Assembly (NCBI GenBank): GCA_040758495.1
Contig: JBFLVL010000014.1
Coordinates: forward strand, 17,161-81,160
DNA length: 64,000 nt
Direction of reading: 5' to 3'
From: Chloroflexota bacterium
Lineage (GTDB): Bacteria; Chloroflexota; Anaerolineae; Anaerolineales; JBFLVL01
Shown here: positions 46,530 to 54,726 of the stretch, in pieces
How positions within the stretch are numbered: the first letter of the stretch is position 1
How the letters are laid out: each line of letters starts with the position of its first letter
Translations under genes and position numbers: made by a program
The notes under the pieces: generated by a model
Told to the model about the DNA's origin: nothing
Databases searched by the model: none
The model's input: the letters and a program-made list of their open reading frames with translations, nothing else

Positions 46530-47363
46530 ATGTTTGAGTTGCCAGAGTTTGTAACTTTAGCCAAACAGATAAATGACACCCTGAAAGGAAAGACCATCCT
46601 AAGAGGGCGTCTGGGAAACAGCCCCCACAAATTCGTCTGGTACAACAGGAGCCATGAAGAGTTCGAGCAGTTGACAAAAGGGAAGACAGTCGAAAAAGCG
46701 TGGGCCAAAGGAAAATGGCTCTTCATCCCGCTTGAGCCCGGATATGTGCTGCTGCTAGGTGAATGTGGGGGCAAGGTGCTGTATCATCCTCCAGAGGCTG
46801 AGATTCCGAATAAGTATCATCTGTATATCTCATTCGAAGACGGCTCTTCCCTCACCGCCACCACCCAAATGTGGGGAGCCATGGAACTCTACGAAAAAGG
46901 AGAAGAGCAAAACCGACAGTATGTCAAAGATATGAAAACCACGCCGATAGAGTCCGGGTTCACCTTTGACTATCTCTGTTCCCTCATAGATGGTCTTGTG
47001 GAGGGAGAGAAGCGGAGCGTAAAGTCGTTGTTGACACAAGACCAAATCATACCAGGGCTGGGAAATGCAATTGCTCAAGATATTCTTTTCCAAGCCCGTC
47101 TGCACCCCAAACACCCAATATGCGAACTCACCATGGGGCAGAGGGGAGCATTGTACAACGCAATTTTGAACATCGTTGGAGAGGTCATAGAGAAGGGCGG
47201 CCGACATGACGAATATGACCTGTATAACAACCGAGGGAAATACATCCGCATTATGGACAAGAACGCGGTTGGTCGTCCCTGTCCCGAATGTGGGTGTGAA
47301 ATAGAGAAGATGCAGTATTTGGGAGGAACATGCTATTTGTGTCCAAATTGCCAGCAATGTTGA
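46530..47363 (+). CDS. Fpg/Nei-family DNA glycosylase-like protein with atypical N-terminus
   Basis: MFELPEF N-terminus (Phe where the catalytic Pro2 is expected), H2TH (IPGLGNAIAQDILFQARLHP) and a C-terminal CxxC..CxxC. Strong GGAGGAGG RBS. Confidence 0.75.
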   Translation: MFELPEFVTLAKQINDTLKGKTILRGRLGNSPHKFVWYNRSHEEFEQLTKGKTVEKAWAKGKWLFIPLEPGYVLLLGECGGKVLYHPPEAEIPNKYHLYISFEDGSSLTATTQMWGAMELYEKGEEQNRQYVKDMKTTPIESGFTFDYLCSLIDGLVEGEKRSVKSLLTQDQIIPGLGNAIAQDILFQARLHPKHPICELTMGQRGALYNAILNIVGEVIEKGGRHDEYDLYNNRGKYIRIMDKNAVGRPCPECGCEIEKMQYLGGTCYLCPNCQQC

Positions 47364-47534
47364 CAAGATTGATCATATAAAAGTAACGCCTGGGGGTAAA
47401 ATATTAATGTTTGAAGCTTTTATTGGATTGCACGAATCCATTGAAAATCAAACCTTTTCCATTTTCCCTGCATCACCTCAACTACACAACCATGAATACA
47501 ACCAGCAAGGAAGAACTTGCTTACAGAGGTCACG

Positions 47535-48470
47535 ATGAAAAGTCAAAAGATTATTTTCCCCCTACTGACCCTGCTCCTGGTAGCCCTGGCCTGCAATTTC
47601 CCCTCTTATGACGAGTGGTGTCCCAATCCTTTCAACCCCGTCTGTGCAGCCTTGGAGGATGACACCCCCTCGACGCAACCGCCTCCGGACACAGATGAAA
47701 TAGTTATAGGCGTAGACCAAAAATACGGATACCTGACCAACCTGTACGTAGAACCAGGGACAGGGTACGGCCCGTTCCGAGCCACCCTTCACTACGGCGA
47801 AGGGAAGGAGACCAGTTATGCCACCTGCGCCTATGCCAAAAAAGACGATCTGGCTTTCGTTCCCGTCATCATCGGTGTGCTTACCCTGAACCCGGGCAGC
47901 GGGCTTATGATGGGGTCGCAGACCATGGATTTCAACGAAAAACGACCAGCGCAGTACCTGGCTTATTGCACCAGCGGAGAGCAAAGGCTGGAACAGAGTT
48001 TTGCGGTGGTCTCTCCGTACGTTGGCCAATACGAATGTGAATCCTGCTTTTCCGAGTCCTGGGCAACGGATGTAGATATGGTGGCCGAGGGGCCCCGCTC
48101 AATGGGACGCAACCTGGTGAAAATCACGGTTGATGAGAACGGCAACGTCACCGCAGGGTACATTTTTTATGAGATTTATGGCACACCCCCGAACTATTGC
48201 ACCATCACCTACAATTCTTTCGAGTCCGGGAAAGTCACCGGGGCGGTCAACCACGACACGAAAGAGTTGATCGTTGACTTCCTCGATTGCAAAGCAGTCT
48301 ATGAACGTAGCGGCGGCAGCCAGTGCGATCCTCCTGAGGTAAGCACGGGCGGAGCAACTCGGTTTTTCTTCCAGTTCAATGAGCAGGGTGATCTGATGCT
48401 CTGCAAACCTTTCGAGACCGGACAGAGTTGTATAGAAAATCCAATTGCTGTGTTGTTGAAACGAAAGTAA
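47535..48470 (+). CDS. secreted/lipoprotein-like Cys-rich hypothetical protein
   Basis: Signal peptide MKSQKIIFPLLTLLLVALAC and many Cys. The stop overlaps the next ATG (TAATG). Confidence 0.5.
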   Translation: MKSQKIIFPLLTLLLVALACNFPSYDEWCPNPFNPVCAALEDDTPSTQPPPDTDEIVIGVDQKYGYLTNLYVEPGTGYGPFRATLHYGEGKETSYATCAYAKKDDLAFVPVIIGVLTLNPGSGLMMGSQTMDFNEKRPAQYLAYCTSGEQRLEQSFAVVSPYVGQYECESCFSESWATDVDMVAEGPRSMGRNLVKITVDENGNVTAGYIFYEIYGTPPNYCTITYNSFESGKVTGAVNHDTKELIVDFLDCKAVYERSGGSQCDPPEVSTGGATRFFFQFNEQGDLMLCKPFETGQSCIENPIAVLLKRK

Positions 48471-49366
48471 TGGCTTCATTTGATGATGATCTAACCAGCA
48501 CCATTATAGGGATGGAATGCGCAGCTCTCGATCGCTGGGGCAAGGGTGATCCCTCTGGGTTCCTAGAAATTTGCGCTCCTGACGTCGTGTATTCTGACCC
48601 AAATCTTGAACGGCGGATTGATGGTCGCGATGCTTTAAGCAAATACTATGATGGGATTAGAGGGAAGGTATCCCTCCAACGGTACAAATTATTGGCCGAC
48701 TCGTCAACCGGCTCCTTGTTCGAGGCAGATGTGTATGACCTCGACCTGTTCGATACTGACGCCAGCATGGTCGCCGCGCTTCAGGCACAAGGGTACCGGG
48801 TAATTTGTTACATCTCGGTCGGCTCTTGGGAGGACTGGCGTCCCGACGCCGGGCAGTTCCCACCCGAAGTCATCGGAAATGATTACGAAGGCTGGCCTGG
48901 CGAGAAGTGGCTGGACATCCGCTCCCTCGAAAAACTCGCTCCCATTTTGCGTGCTCGCCTTGACCTGTGCGCGGCCAAAGGCTTCGACGCTGTCGAACCA
49001 GACAACATGGATGGCTTCACCAATGACACCGGCTTTCCGCTCACTGCAGCCGATCAACTCCGATTCAACATATGGCTGGCAGAGGAGGCCCACCAGCGCG
49101 GCCTTTCCATTGGTCTTAAAAATGACCCCGATCAAGCCGCAGAACTGGAGCCTTACTTCGATTGGGCTTTGACAGAAGACTGTTTTGCCGATGGCTGGTG
49201 CGAACAAATGCTGCCCTTCATTGAGGCGGGCAAGGCCGTTCTGGCCGCCGAATACACCGATACCGGAGTCTCACTGGGCGAAATCTGCCCCTTGGCGGCG
49301 CAAATGCAATTCAGCGTTATCCTCAAGAACCGTGATCTCGATGCCTATCGCGCCACGTGTCCATAA
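48470..49366 (+). CDS. GH114-like endo-alpha-1,4-polygalactosaminidase domain fused to an NTF2/SnoaL-like N-terminal fragment
   Basis: VICYISVGSWEDWRPD...GWPGEKWLDIR...GFDAVEPDNMDGF...GLKND is the GH114 pattern. No signal peptide. Confidence 0.7.
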   Translation: MASFDDDLTSTIIGMECAALDRWGKGDPSGFLEICAPDVVYSDPNLERRIDGRDALSKYYDGIRGKVSLQRYKLLADSSTGSLFEADVYDLDLFDTDASMVAALQAQGYRVICYISVGSWEDWRPDAGQFPPEVIGNDYEGWPGEKWLDIRSLEKLAPILRARLDLCAAKGFDAVEPDNMDGFTNDTGFPLTAADQLRFNIWLAEEAHQRGLSIGLKNDPDQAAELEPYFDWALTEDCFADGWCEQMLPFIEAGKAVLAAEYTDTGVSLGEICPLAAQMQFSVILKNRDLDAYRATCP

Positions 49367-49379
49367 ACCAGCGGCCAAA

Positions 49380-51425
49380 ATGAAAAGTTGTTTCCCCTTT
49401 CTAACCCTTCTCATTTTGTTCATTGCCGCCTGCGATCTGTCTGCGCCGGAAAGTGAGACTATTGAGCCGACAGAAGATGCGGCCACGTTGTCGTCCGATG
49501 CCCAGCCTGCTTTTGGCGGCGAAACCCGATCCGATGGCGCCATCCGGCTAACCACCCCGCCTGCCGGGGCCAGCGACCAGAACCCTGCCTTTTCGCCGGA
49601 TGGTTCCCAAATTGTGTTTACCCGCTTTGACAACGGTTATAACGCTGGCCCGGCCGGGTTATTTTTGCTCGACCTTACGACCTTTGCTGTCACTCGCCTG
49701 ACCCCTTCGGAGGATCAGGATAATGTCAATTTACCGGGGTCCGCCTGGAATGGGATCAATGCCCGCATTGTCTTTGCCTCCGACCGGATGGAGGCCGACG
49801 ACCTGTGGTGGGTTGCCCCAGATGGTTCTGATTTCAGCCGCATCACCACCCACAGCGGCCCGCCCTGGTATATTGAACCCTCCTGGGCGCCAGATGGCCA
49901 GTGGATTGTCTTCGAGGCCGACGCCGATCTGCCCGACGACGCGCAGCAGGGTAGTATCTGGAAGGTGCGCGCCGATGGCTCCGGTTTGACCGTACTCACC
50001 GACGGGCCCGGTGGAGGCATGGACGACCGGCAGCCCAACTGGTCCCCCGCAGGCGACCGCATCCTTTTCCAGCGCCGTATCCCCGGCAGTGATGACTGGA
50101 ACCTGTACACCATCAACCCTGACGGCAACGGCCTCCAGCAGGTAACTTTCTCGCCGGCCAGCGATACCGACGCCAGTTGGTCCCCCGATGGCCGCTGGAT
50201 TGTGTACTCGTCTGATCACGGCGGGCTGCCGGTCCCGAACATTTTTATCATCCCGGCGGATGGCGGTGAACCGGTTCGCGCCACTTTCGATGCGACCCAG
50301 GAAGATGGAGCGCCTTCCTGGTCGCCCGATGGAAAATGGATCGCCTTTGAATCGCATCCGGGACAAAACGAAGAGACCCCGTCCGCTTTGTGGCGAATTG
50401 CAGCGCCGGACCTTGGGGCAGTGGAATACTCCGAAACGGCCGCGCCGCCCGAAGGGAGTCTGAATCGCCTGGCGTTCGTGCGCCACTGGCTGTATCTGAT
50501 CGACGTGAATCTTGAGCCGGAGACGGTCACCCTCATCGAAGACTCCGGCTACGATCTGGTGGTGCTCGACTTCATTCCCTCCGAAGTCAACAATACGGAC
50601 TACCCTATGGCCGAGGTGATCGCCCGCCTGCACAACGCGCCGCACTCGAAATTGGTGCTGGCCTATATCGACATCGGCCAGGCCGAGAGTTATCGCACCT
50701 ACTGGCAGCCGGGCTGGGGCATCGGCAACCCCGATTGGATCGCGGGCGCCGACCCCGACGGCTGGGAAGGCAACTTTCCGGTAGCCTACTGGCGCGACGA
50801 GTGGCGGGACATCTGGCTGGGAGCGGACGGCTACCTGCAGGCCACTGTGGACAGCGGCTTCGACGGCGTCTATCTCGACTGGGTGGAAGCCTACTCGGAT
50901 GAGAACGTGATCGCCATCGCGGAGCAGGATGGCGTGGATGCGCAGCGGGAAATGATCCGCTGGGTGGGCGACATCGCCGCGTTCGGGCGCGCCCGCCGTC
51001 CCGGCTTCGTCGTTATCGCCCAGAACGCCGCCGAACTGGCCGGGTTGGATAACTATGTGGCAATCATCGACGCCATCGCTCAGGAACAGGTGTGGTTCGA
51101 CGGCGCGGCCGACAACGACCCCCCCGGCGACTGCCCGTTGCCGCGCACTGAGGCCGAGGTGGACACGCCCGCCTATTACGCGAGCCTCTCCCCGCCGTGC
51201 CGCGTGCAGTACGATCAATACCCCGACAGTACCCTGCATGTGAGCAGCGAAGCCTACTTGCGCGATTTGAAACTAGCGCACAGCAAAGGGCTGATCATCT
51301 TCACGGTGGATTATGCTCTGGAACCGGAGAATGTCGCCTGGGTCTACGAGACATCGCGCGGGCTGGGGTTTGTGCCGTTTGCGGGCAGCCGGGCGCTCGA
51401 TCAGTATGTCGAAGTATTCAAGTAA
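49380..51425 (+). CDS. lipoprotein: PD40/TolB-like beta-propeller + TM1410-type glycosidase-like TIM barrel
   Basis: Lipobox LFIAAC. Five or more FSPDG/WSPDG repeats. C-terminal LAYIDIGQAESYRTYW...GFDGVYLDWVEAY. Confidence 0.7.
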   Translation: MKSCFPFLTLLILFIAACDLSAPESETIEPTEDAATLSSDAQPAFGGETRSDGAIRLTTPPAGASDQNPAFSPDGSQIVFTRFDNGYNAGPAGLFLLDLTTFAVTRLTPSEDQDNVNLPGSAWNGINARIVFASDRMEADDLWWVAPDGSDFSRITTHSGPPWYIEPSWAPDGQWIVFEADADLPDDAQQGSIWKVRADGSGLTVLTDGPGGGMDDRQPNWSPAGDRILFQRRIPGSDDWNLYTINPDGNGLQQVTFSPASDTDASWSPDGRWIVYSSDHGGLPVPNIFIIPADGGEPVRATFDATQEDGAPSWSPDGKWIAFESHPGQNEETPSALWRIAAPDLGAVEYSETAAPPEGSLNRLAFVRHWLYLIDVNLEPETVTLIEDSGYDLVVLDFIPSEVNNTDYPMAEVIARLHNAPHSKLVLAYIDIGQAESYRTYWQPGWGIGNPDWIAGADPDGWEGNFPVAYWRDEWRDIWLGADGYLQATVDSGFDGVYLDWVEAYSDENVIAIAEQDGVDAQREMIRWVGDIAAFGRARRPGFVVIAQNAAELAGLDNYVAIIDAIAQEQVWFDGAADNDPPGDCPLPRTEAEVDTPAYYASLSPPCRVQYDQYPDSTLHVSSEAYLRDLKLAHSKGLIIFTVDYALEPENVAWVYETSRGLGFVPFAGSRALDQYVEVFK

Positions 51426-51441
51426 TACGGTCAATGGGGCG

Positions 51442-52422
51442 ATGAATATGAATAGAAAAACTATAGTGCTCCTGGCAATCATTTTTGTTCAATTCACTGC
51501 AATGATTGCGTGCAATGCTGCTGCTAGGAGGAGTACGCCAACTGCCAGTGATGAGATCATTTACGAACAAATATCAAGGGAAACAAAAATCCCTGTCAAT
51601 GCAGTCAAGATGTTGCCTGAAACGGATGCTCATCCGCCAATTCTGCTGTCCGACGAATTTGAAAACCCCATACCTCTACCTGGCAAGGTAAACACGGCGG
51701 GAGCCGAAGATTCGCCCTTCATTATGCCTGACGGAAACACTTTATATTTCTTCTTCACGCCCGATGTGTCCATTCCGGCTGAAAAGCAATTGTTTGACGG
51801 AGTTACTGGGATTTATGTATCGAACAGAATTGAAGGGGAATGGGCCAATCCGGCAAGGCTATGGCTGCAAGACTCTGGTAAATTGGCATTGGATGGTTGC
51901 GAGTTTGTCTTGGGCGACAGCATGTGGTTTTGTTCAAGCCGAGAAGGCTATACGGGTATCAACTGGTTTACCGCCAAATACCAGGAGGGCACGTGGAAAA
52001 ACTGGAGCAAAGTAGACTTCACTTCTGATTTCAAGGTGGGAGAGTTGCATATCACCAGTGATGGTACTGAGCTATATTTTGGCTCGGATAGACCGGGCGG
52101 GCAGGGAAAGATGGACATCTGGTTGTCGAAGAAGGTCAACGAGGAATGGCAAGAGCCAATAAACGTTGCCAGCGTCAATACGCCGGATGATGAAGGTTGG
52201 CCGGCGATAAGTTTCGATGGGGAGGAGTTGTGGTTCTATAGGAACTATGGTATATGGCGGTCGAAGAAACAGAATGGGGAATGGCAAGAGGCCGAGCAAA
52301 TAGTTTCAACGCTGGCTGGGGAACCTTCGCTTGATAAGGATGGCAATCTCTATTTTGTCCATTATTATTATGTTGATGACCAGATGATTGAAGCGGACAT
52401 TTACGTTTCATATAGGAAGTAG
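51442..52422 (+). CDS. PD40 (WD40-like beta-propeller) repeat protein, secreted
   Basis: Signal/TM segment MNMNRKTIVLLAIIF. Repeats MPDGNTLYF, SDGTELYFGSDRPGG.G..DIW and FDGEELWF. Confidence 0.6.
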   Translation: MNMNRKTIVLLAIIFVQFTAMIACNAAARRSTPTASDEIIYEQISRETKIPVNAVKMLPETDAHPPILLSDEFENPIPLPGKVNTAGAEDSPFIMPDGNTLYFFFTPDVSIPAEKQLFDGVTGIYVSNRIEGEWANPARLWLQDSGKLALDGCEFVLGDSMWFCSSREGYTGINWFTAKYQEGTWKNWSKVDFTSDFKVGELHITSDGTELYFGSDRPGGQGKMDIWLSKKVNEEWQEPINVASVNTPDDEGWPAISFDGEELWFYRNYGIWRSKKQNGEWQEAEQIVSTLAGEPSLDKDGNLYFVHYYYVDDQMIEADIYVSYRK

Positions 52423-52429
52423 AAGGGCA

Positions 52430-52558
52430 GCCCAACCAGCGCATGGGGCCGATTTGGCCTACTGGGGCCCAAAGACGGAGTTGGTTGGCATCATGGGCAC
52501 TCTGGTAGACGACCAAGTCTTCAATAACCCGGCCAAACGGCTCATGCGAACGTTAGGT
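52430..52558 (+). repeat. attC-like site 5
   Basis: GCCCAAC...GTTAGGT. Arms are GCAT[G]GGGCCG[A]TTTGGCC versus GCAT-GAGCCG-TTTGGCC. Starts 8 nt after a stop codon. Confidence 0.8.
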
Positions 52559-52688
52559 GGCTTCCGCTAAACCCAAATACCTCGTCGCGTTTCACGGGCT
52601 AATAGTTCCCCCAATTATGCTCACAGGGAGTCAGCGTGGTAGAATTCGTTATGCTGGCTATCTTGTCACGGAATAAAAGGATTCGGCA

Positions 52689-53483
52689 GTGAACAAACTT
52701 TGCCCGTTTTGCAATACAGAAATCGAAACTTCACTTGTTCGCCATATCAAGGCAGAGCATGGGGAAGAAACGTTGCGCAAGGCCCTTCTGGCGGATAAAC
52801 GCAATGGCACGCCTGACGCGCAAATTAGTGACAAGTACGGTATCTCGTTCAGTTATCTTGAACGAGTTATTACTCAGGAATACGGAACTAATATAAGCAC
52901 CGTCACTCGTAAGAAATCCAAGATAACTCAATGGGAGCCAAAGGGCTTTCAGCCAGAGACAACCACCGTTTGGAGTTTCAAGAATCGGGGCAAGTGGGCA
53001 ACCCACGACGGACGCTATCGGGGGAACTGGTCTCCGTACATTCCACGCAATCTCATCTTGCGATATTCACAACCACAAGAAGTTGTGCTCGACTATAGCG
53101 GTGGGGGAACAACCGCTGTAGAAGCGAAACTCCTAAGCCGCCGTTGTATCGCGCGCGATATTAATCCAGACGCTTTGGCGCTGACGCAGGAAAACCTTGA
53201 TATTCAACCGCCTCAAGATATGTTTTCGGGCAATGGAAAATCCCTCGTGCAACCCGAACTTGTTCTTGGTGACGCACGAGACCTATCTACTATTGACGAT
53301 GAATCCATTGATCTGATATGCGCTCACCCGCCCTACGCTGGGATCATCAATTACAGCGCAAACGCGGTTGATGGCGACCTCTCTACGCTTTCCGTTCCTG
53401 AATTCATAGCCGAAATGCAAAAGGTTGCCCGCGAAAGTTACCGCGTACTCAAGGCAGGGCGGCAGTGCGCAATTTTGTTTTGA
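52689..53483 (+). CDS. N4/N6 DNA methyltransferase, probably C-terminally truncated
   Basis: Motif I variant VLDYSGGGTT, motif IV AHPPY. The ORF ends ...VLKAGRQCAILF* where homologs continue (..IGD..). N-terminal CxxC/HTH extension. Confidence 0.65.
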   Translation: MNKLCPFCNTEIETSLVRHIKAEHGEETLRKALLADKRNGTPDAQISDKYGISFSYLERVITQEYGTNISTVTRKKSKITQWEPKGFQPETTTVWSFKNRGKWATHDGRYRGNWSPYIPRNLILRYSQPQEVVLDYSGGGTTAVEAKLLSRRCIARDINPDALALTQENLDIQPPQDMFSGNGKSLVQPELVLGDARDLSTIDDESIDLICAHPPYAGIINYSANAVDGDLSTLSVPEFIAEMQKVARESYRVLKAGRQCAILF

Positions 53484-53486
53484 GGG

Positions 53487-54344
53487 ATGCCTATGCAAAT
53501 CCAAATGGTAGATAATGTTGAACGCAATACCGCTTCGGTGCTCGTCCCTGCCATTGAGACCGCAAACGACATTCGCATTGCGGTGGCATTTGTATCAAGC
53601 GATGGGCTGTCCCAAATTATGCCTTCTGTCCATATGGCGCTGGAAGCAGGTGCTTATGTCGAATTTCTGGTAGGAATGGATTCGCGCGCCACAGATCCTT
53701 CCGCCATAAGAGACCTTTACACCTTGTTCCAAAAAACCTCCCTGGGTTCTCTCCTGTGTTTCGCATCTCGAAGGACATCTGCGATATACCACCCCAAGAT
53801 GTATTTAGCGAGAGATAGCCAGACTGCAACTGCAATCATTGGCTCGTCGAATTTGACACGACGGGGGCTAGTATCAAACATCGAAGCAAATGTGGTTATC
53901 AAAGAAGATATTCGCGCGGAAATCGTATCAGAGATATACAGCACATATAACAGACTAAAATACCATCCCGACAGAGTCTTACCTGATGATGAGTTCATTG
54001 ACTTGTTCGCGGAACTGTGCCAAAAAGAAAAATCCCGCGAACATAGCTTGGAAAGAGATTCTGAACTTCAAGAACTGAAAGAGACTTTTGTTAGGAAAGC
54101 GAACAAACTTCAGCGCCCAAAGCCAACAAGAGCGGACTTGATCGGTTGGCTTGAATTGGTATACGACGCACTTCCAGAAGGCAGGTTTACAAACCAGGAT
54201 ATTTACGCATACGAAGATGAATTTAGTCGTCACTATCCGCAGAATCTGAACATCAAAGCAAAGATCAGGCAGCAATTGCAGTTTCTGCATAAATTAGGAT
54301 TTATCGAACATCCAAGCAAAGGAGTATGGAAAAAATTGGTTTAA
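53487..54344 (+). CDS. PLD-family (HKD) nuclease with a C-terminal DpnI_C-like winged helix
   Basis: YHPKMYL...GSSNLT HKD motif. The C-terminus YPQNLNIKAKIRQQLQFLHKLGFIE is typical of restriction-enzyme wH domains. Alternative start at 53493. Confidence 0.7.
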   Translation: MPMQIQMVDNVERNTASVLVPAIETANDIRIAVAFVSSDGLSQIMPSVHMALEAGAYVEFLVGMDSRATDPSAIRDLYTLFQKTSLGSLLCFASRRTSAIYHPKMYLARDSQTATAIIGSSNLTRRGLVSNIEANVVIKEDIRAEIVSEIYSTYNRLKYHPDRVLPDDEFIDLFAELCQKEKSREHSLERDSELQELKETFVRKANKLQRPKPTRADLIGWLELVYDALPEGRFTNQDIYAYEDEFSRHYPQNLNIKAKIRQQLQFLHKLGFIEHPSKGVWKKLV

Positions 54345-54345
54345 T

Positions 54346-54552
54346 ATGGGTTACAAAGATGATAGATGGCTTGAAGCCCCTGGCTACTGTGTAGAATGTG
54401 GAAATCTAAGACCACTCAACCAGTCGTGTGTATGCCGCGAGTGCTGGTACGACCTCGAAATGCTAGGCATGGAGTGGGAAGAAGATGAGGATAGAAGTCG
54501 AATCTACTACCAGCGGGTGAGCACGCAATGTGAGTTCAACAAGCGCGCATAG
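54346..54552 (+). CDS. small Cys-rich (zinc-ribbon-like) protein
   Basis: 68 aa, CVECG...CVCRECW. Starts 1 nt after the nuclease gene. Confidence 0.35.
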   Translation: MGYKDDRWLEAPGYCVECGNLRPLNQSCVCRECWYDLEMLGMEWEEDEDRSRIYYQRVSTQCEFNKRA

Positions 54553-54726
54553 CTGCCCGTGAAATTGCCTTAATCAGGTTTCAATTTTTACTGCATTAGG
54601 AGGTAACAATTTCTTCAGCTCAACTACACATCAACCTGCTAAAACAATAATCAAACTGTAAATTTGTTCTTCAAATGGGTATGAAACATTATAATACGGG
54701 GAGATGTACCAAGTGGAGTTTATTCT

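Noticed and set aside
46830-47366. 178-aa minus-strand ORF.
   Set aside because: Antisense to the Fpg/Nei-like gene, which has an H2TH motif, a zinc finger and a strong RBS.
49731-51239. 502-aa minus-strand ORF, the longest unexplained ORF in the window.
   Set aside because: It lies entirely antisense to the PD40/TM1410-like gene in the most GC-rich segment. The Gly/Arg/Val/Pro-rich translation and lack of stops are the expected artefact of high GC3 on the coding strand.
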